Shown: positions 60,240-64,000 of the stretch, in pieces
Position numbering within the stretch: the stretch's first letter is position 1
Layout: each line of letters begins with the position of its first letter
Assembly: GCA_032718475.1 (NCBI GenBank)
Contig: JAUCBJ010000877.1
Coordinates: 196,109 to 260,108 of the forward strand
Direction of reading: 5' to 3'
DNA: 64,000 nt
Source of the DNA: Nemertoderma westbladi
Taxonomy: Eukaryota > Animalia > Xenacoelomorpha
Notes under the pieces: generated by a model
Database searches by the model: none
Told to the model about the DNA's origin: nothing
The model's input: the letters and a program-made list of their open reading frames with translations, nothing else
Position numbers and translations under genes: made by a program

Positions 60240-63200
60240 CACCTTTTCAACATGTATTTCAGAAAACATCACATTGATTTCATAAAATACATTTGAATTA
60301 TATATTCTTTCATTTGGATTTCAATAATTGCATTTTGATTTCAGAATATTGTAATTGGGGTTCATAAATTCCATTTAAATTTCAGAAAGTTATAATTGAA
60401 TTTAACTTTTGCTATTTTCATTTCAGAATGTTTCAATTTGATTTTAGTAAACTCATTTCGATTTCAAAATGTACTATTTGAATTTCAAGATTAAGATTTG
60501 AATTTCAGAAGGAACCAATTGGATTTCAAAAATTCCAATTGCAATCCAGAAATTCCTAAATGTATTCAGGAAGATATATTTATAATATCAGAAAATTTCA
60601 TTTGCACTTTAGAAAATTATAATTTAATTTCAGAAAATATTATATTTGAGTACTTGAGTTTCAGAAACAGTCTAATTGAGTTTCCGAATTTCCATTTCTG
60701 TTTCAGAATTTCCAACTCGATTTCAAAATTTTCATTTCTATTTCAAAATTTCCAACTCGATTTCAAAATTTCCATTTCTACTGTATTTCCAAATTTCCAC
60801 TTCTATTTCAGAATTTCCAATTTGATTTCAGAATTTCCAATTTGATTTCAGAATTTCCAATTCGATTTCCAAATGTCCACTTCTATTTTATATGATGAGG
60901 TGGGGTCGGAGGGTCGGGTCGTCGGATTTTGCTATTTTATAAGCGCTGACCGGCCAAACCGCAAAGTTTTAGATAGGTGGTGTGGTGTGATTTATAGTAT
61001 TGGGACGGACAACTGGCGGACTAACTGACAGACAAACAGCCTAGATGCCGTCAATAAAAAAAAAATAGACATAGAAAGTGAAATCACCGACCAAGAAAAA
61101 CCCCTTACAGAAAAACTAAGTTATGTGGTGGTAATCCTTATTGACGGATATTATTTGAAATCTGTCTACTGAGTGCTGATTTATTGACGGCCCTAAACTG
61201 ACATTCTTACATATTGACAGACAATTTGAGCGGGAAGGTTTAAAAGTCCGTATTTACCCGTTTTAATCCGATTTCAATTTCGGACTTCGCGCAGCACGTG
61301 ACATAAACTTATGTTAAGTGTCTACGCGAAATAATTTCAAGCAAATCATACATAGACGTCCCATAATCAATTATTAAAGCCAAACCCGTCTACGGCACGG
61401 CCTGTCTACTATGAATGAATATATTCATTTACTGGTTTATCGCCAAATTGAAATGTCTACTATGAATGAATATATACTGGTATTAGGCCTAGGCCTACAA
61501 GACCGCAATACGACCGAGTAATTCGAACTCGTAGCCATACACATCTCGCTATCTCCTGATCTCGGTTCAGCAATCCTGAATCAGTCCAACTCTGTAGCAT
61601 GGATGGATACAGGTACCCCTACCGGGAACATGTAGTTTCAGCACTTTCAGCAGTCAGGCAGTGCAAGATAAATGCAAAGGTACCGGGTATTATATTAGGC
61701 TCTACCTTCTATAGCCTACCAGTTCACGTACAGTAATATTATATACATTATCACTATCAAATTACTGATACAGGTCTGGCATCAGTAATTAGTATTCCGT
61801 AATCTTTGTAAAATGAAAGTATTTCCTCAGTTAGTTAAAATACATAGGCCTAAGGCAAAGATATAGACCTACTACTGTATTTAATAAAAAATCCTAAATT
61901 CCAATGGAAAATCTGAAATTCAAATGGAAAATTATAAATACAAATGGGAATCTGAAATTCAAATGGAAAATTTTAAATACAAATGGAAAATCTGAAATAC
62001 AAATGGAAAATCTGAAATACAAATGGAAAATCTGAAATACAAAGTGAAATCTGTAATTCAAATGGAAAATCTGAAGGCCAAAGTAATAATCTATTAGCGA
62101 TACAATAGACCATTTGATATGCCATATAGATAATATACCAGCAACAATAATTATATTTTTTATTAATTATATTTAATTATATGTGGATATGTACAAGTAT
62201 AACGCCCCGAATTCAATAATTCCCCGCCAAACCCATCCCACGGATCCCCGCCCCATCCCCGAACCCTAACCCTCGCCAAGACCGCCGTCCGCCACGGAGG
62301 CAGAGGGAGCTGGACCGGAGGAGCGCAAACTGCAACCGCCGGCGAACACCCCCCAGGACACATGCGAGGCCCCTTTCGCGCATGCCATCTCGCCGAGATA
62401 CGAGGGTCTCGGCGAGGTGGCGGATTAAAATCTGGGCCTCAGCGCACCAGACACCGTCAGTGGTGCCAACCAACGGTTTGAAGGCCATCCTCCGGTCCTC
62501 GCAGACGGTGCGGTAGTGGCGCTTCTTGAGCCTGCACCGCTCCTCAAGCAGTGACTCAGTCGAACGGTTTGCCTGGGCATACGAGGTGGCGTTAGCGTTT
62601 ATTAGCGATATATCAAACGACGCCACCCGTTGATTGGCCCAGACTCCCCGAGCGACCAGGTCTGCTCGCACTCCCCCTACCACCCGGCCCTCGCGGTCCA
62701 GACACGATGAGAGGGTTACCTCCCGCTCCACACTACAGTAGAAGGCCCGACCACCGCAGCCAAGAGGCCCAGTAATTAAGTTAATCAATTAGTCCATTTA
62801 TAAAGTATAGCCTTGAATATAATTTTGAATTTCTATAGAGTTACATATTATTTGTTGGTTGTTGCCATTATTGTACATATGTTGGTAGGCCTGCTACATT
62901 GCCTTATTCATTTTGAAATTCAAATGGAAAATCGGAAATTCGAATGGAATATCTGAACTCCAAATGAAAAATCTGAAATTCAAATGTAAAATTTAAAATC
63001 AATTAAAATATTCTGAAAATCAAACGGAAGGTTTTATAGACTTTCATAAAATCGAATTCGTCATTTCTGAAATCTACATTGAATTTACCGAAATCGAAAT
63101 TTAATTTTCTAAAATCCATTTGATATATTTCAAAATTATTCTTTCCTTATCTGAAATTGTAATGTAATTTTTGAAATCCAAACGGCGCATTCTGAAATCG

Positions 63201-63440
63201 AAATGATAATTTTAAAATCCAAATGACGCATTCTGAATTCGAAATGTAATTTATAAAATCGAAATGACACATGTTGAAATTGAAATGTATTTGTTTAAAT
63301 ACAAATGGTATATTCTGAAATCGAAATAGATTTATTGAAATCAAATTGTAACATTTTGAAATCAAAATAAAAAAACTGAAACCCAAATAGACCTTTCTGA
63401 AATCAATATGATGTTTTATGAAATACATGTTGAAAAGGTG
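60240..63440. mobile_element. Non-autonomous foldback-like DNA transposon with CAC...GTG ends and TA duplication (EnSpm/CACTA-like or Tc1-like; unresolved)
   Basis: TIR CACCTTTTCAACATGTATTTCA; TA at 60238-60239 and 63441-63442; empty site in the mirror arm at about 59343. Long inverted arrays of ~20-21-bp units (TTTCAGAATTTCCAATTTGA / CAAATGGAAAATCTGAAAT). Confidence 0.88.
62160..62772 (-). mobile_element. 3' fragment of a second CRE-like non-LTR element (restriction-like endonuclease)
   Basis: GC-rich island encoding RADLVARGVW...ASFDI...SY...KKRHY...FKPLVGTTDG...RLQFALLRSSSLCLRGGR. Confidence 0.78.
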
Positions 63441-64000
63441 TAGACCTCTGCGCTACACTACGAAAGAACGGTTACCCTAAAGCCCTCCTTTAATCTATCA
63501 CACGTGTTTTTCTATGTAAAGTGAATACCCCCCCCCCCCCATGCGATCCTGTTACCACTGTCGAACAACGCCCACTGTGTATTGTACTCCCCTTTACAGG
63601 TCCACATTGTCTGGTACTTAAGAACAGGCTACGTCGCCTATTCAGGGATGCCCTACCTGCCACCAACGTACGTACGTGTTATTTTTAGATCTGTTAATAG
63701 GTTGTCTTCATTCTTTCAGAACTAAAGATCTTGTTCCCAAGCATATGCGCTCAAAGATTGTTTATCTTTTTTCCTGTAGTAGCTGTAATGCTACGTATAT
63801 TGGTAAATCTATCCGTCATATTGGCGTACGTGTAGGAGAACATAGTGGAAAGTCATACCTTACAAACTACTTCTCTGTCCCCAGAAATTCAGCGGTTTTC
63901 GACCACTGGATTGGTACGGACCACTCATTCTCCCTACAGAACTTCGAAGTACTTTGTACGGCGCGTGATTCCTTTAGTTATCATTAAAGAGCCTTATTTA

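Larger units (their letters stand above)
59735..64000 (+). mobile_element. Penelope-like element, right arm (5'-truncated RT, GIY-YIG), split by a DNA element
   Basis: YFIFNGALYKQLDGVAMGSPL...YRRYVDD (PLE RT). Sequence resumes at 63443; GIY-YIG at 63676-63987 with small indels. Confidence 0.92.

Noticed and set aside
60498-63428. F/I/N/S-rich ORFs 60498-60845 and 63147-63428
   Set aside because: Translations of the ~21-bp subterminal repeat arrays.

Overview
AT-rich, intron-containing animal (probably invertebrate) genomic DNA, mostly nested transposable elements. The one intact host gene is a two-exon minus-strand gene (51050-50177 joined to 49143-45533, about 1494 aa) with the architecture WD40 / Apaf-1-like winged helix / Roc GTPase / COR / 3xCARD. 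A 5'-less, LINE-disrupted tandem duplicate lies at 3226-9208. Between the two copies is a 36-kb TIR-bounded DNA element containing three different BEL/Pao-type LTR elements (one nested in another), a second TIR element, an RTEX-like LINE and a CRE fragment. The right end holds a head-to-head inverted Penelope-like element with a hammerhead ribozyme, interrupted by an intron-containing piggyBac and a CAC...GTG foldback-like element. There are two main leads. (1) All three LTR elements lack a tRNA-type TGG primer-binding site; the 9-12 nt after the 5' LTR are instead complementary to a segment inside their own LTR, suggesting tRNA-independent self-priming. (2) The Roco protein looks like a rearranged apoptosome scaffold with a GTPase in place of NB-ARC. 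All calls come from reading the sequence by eye; no database searches were run.
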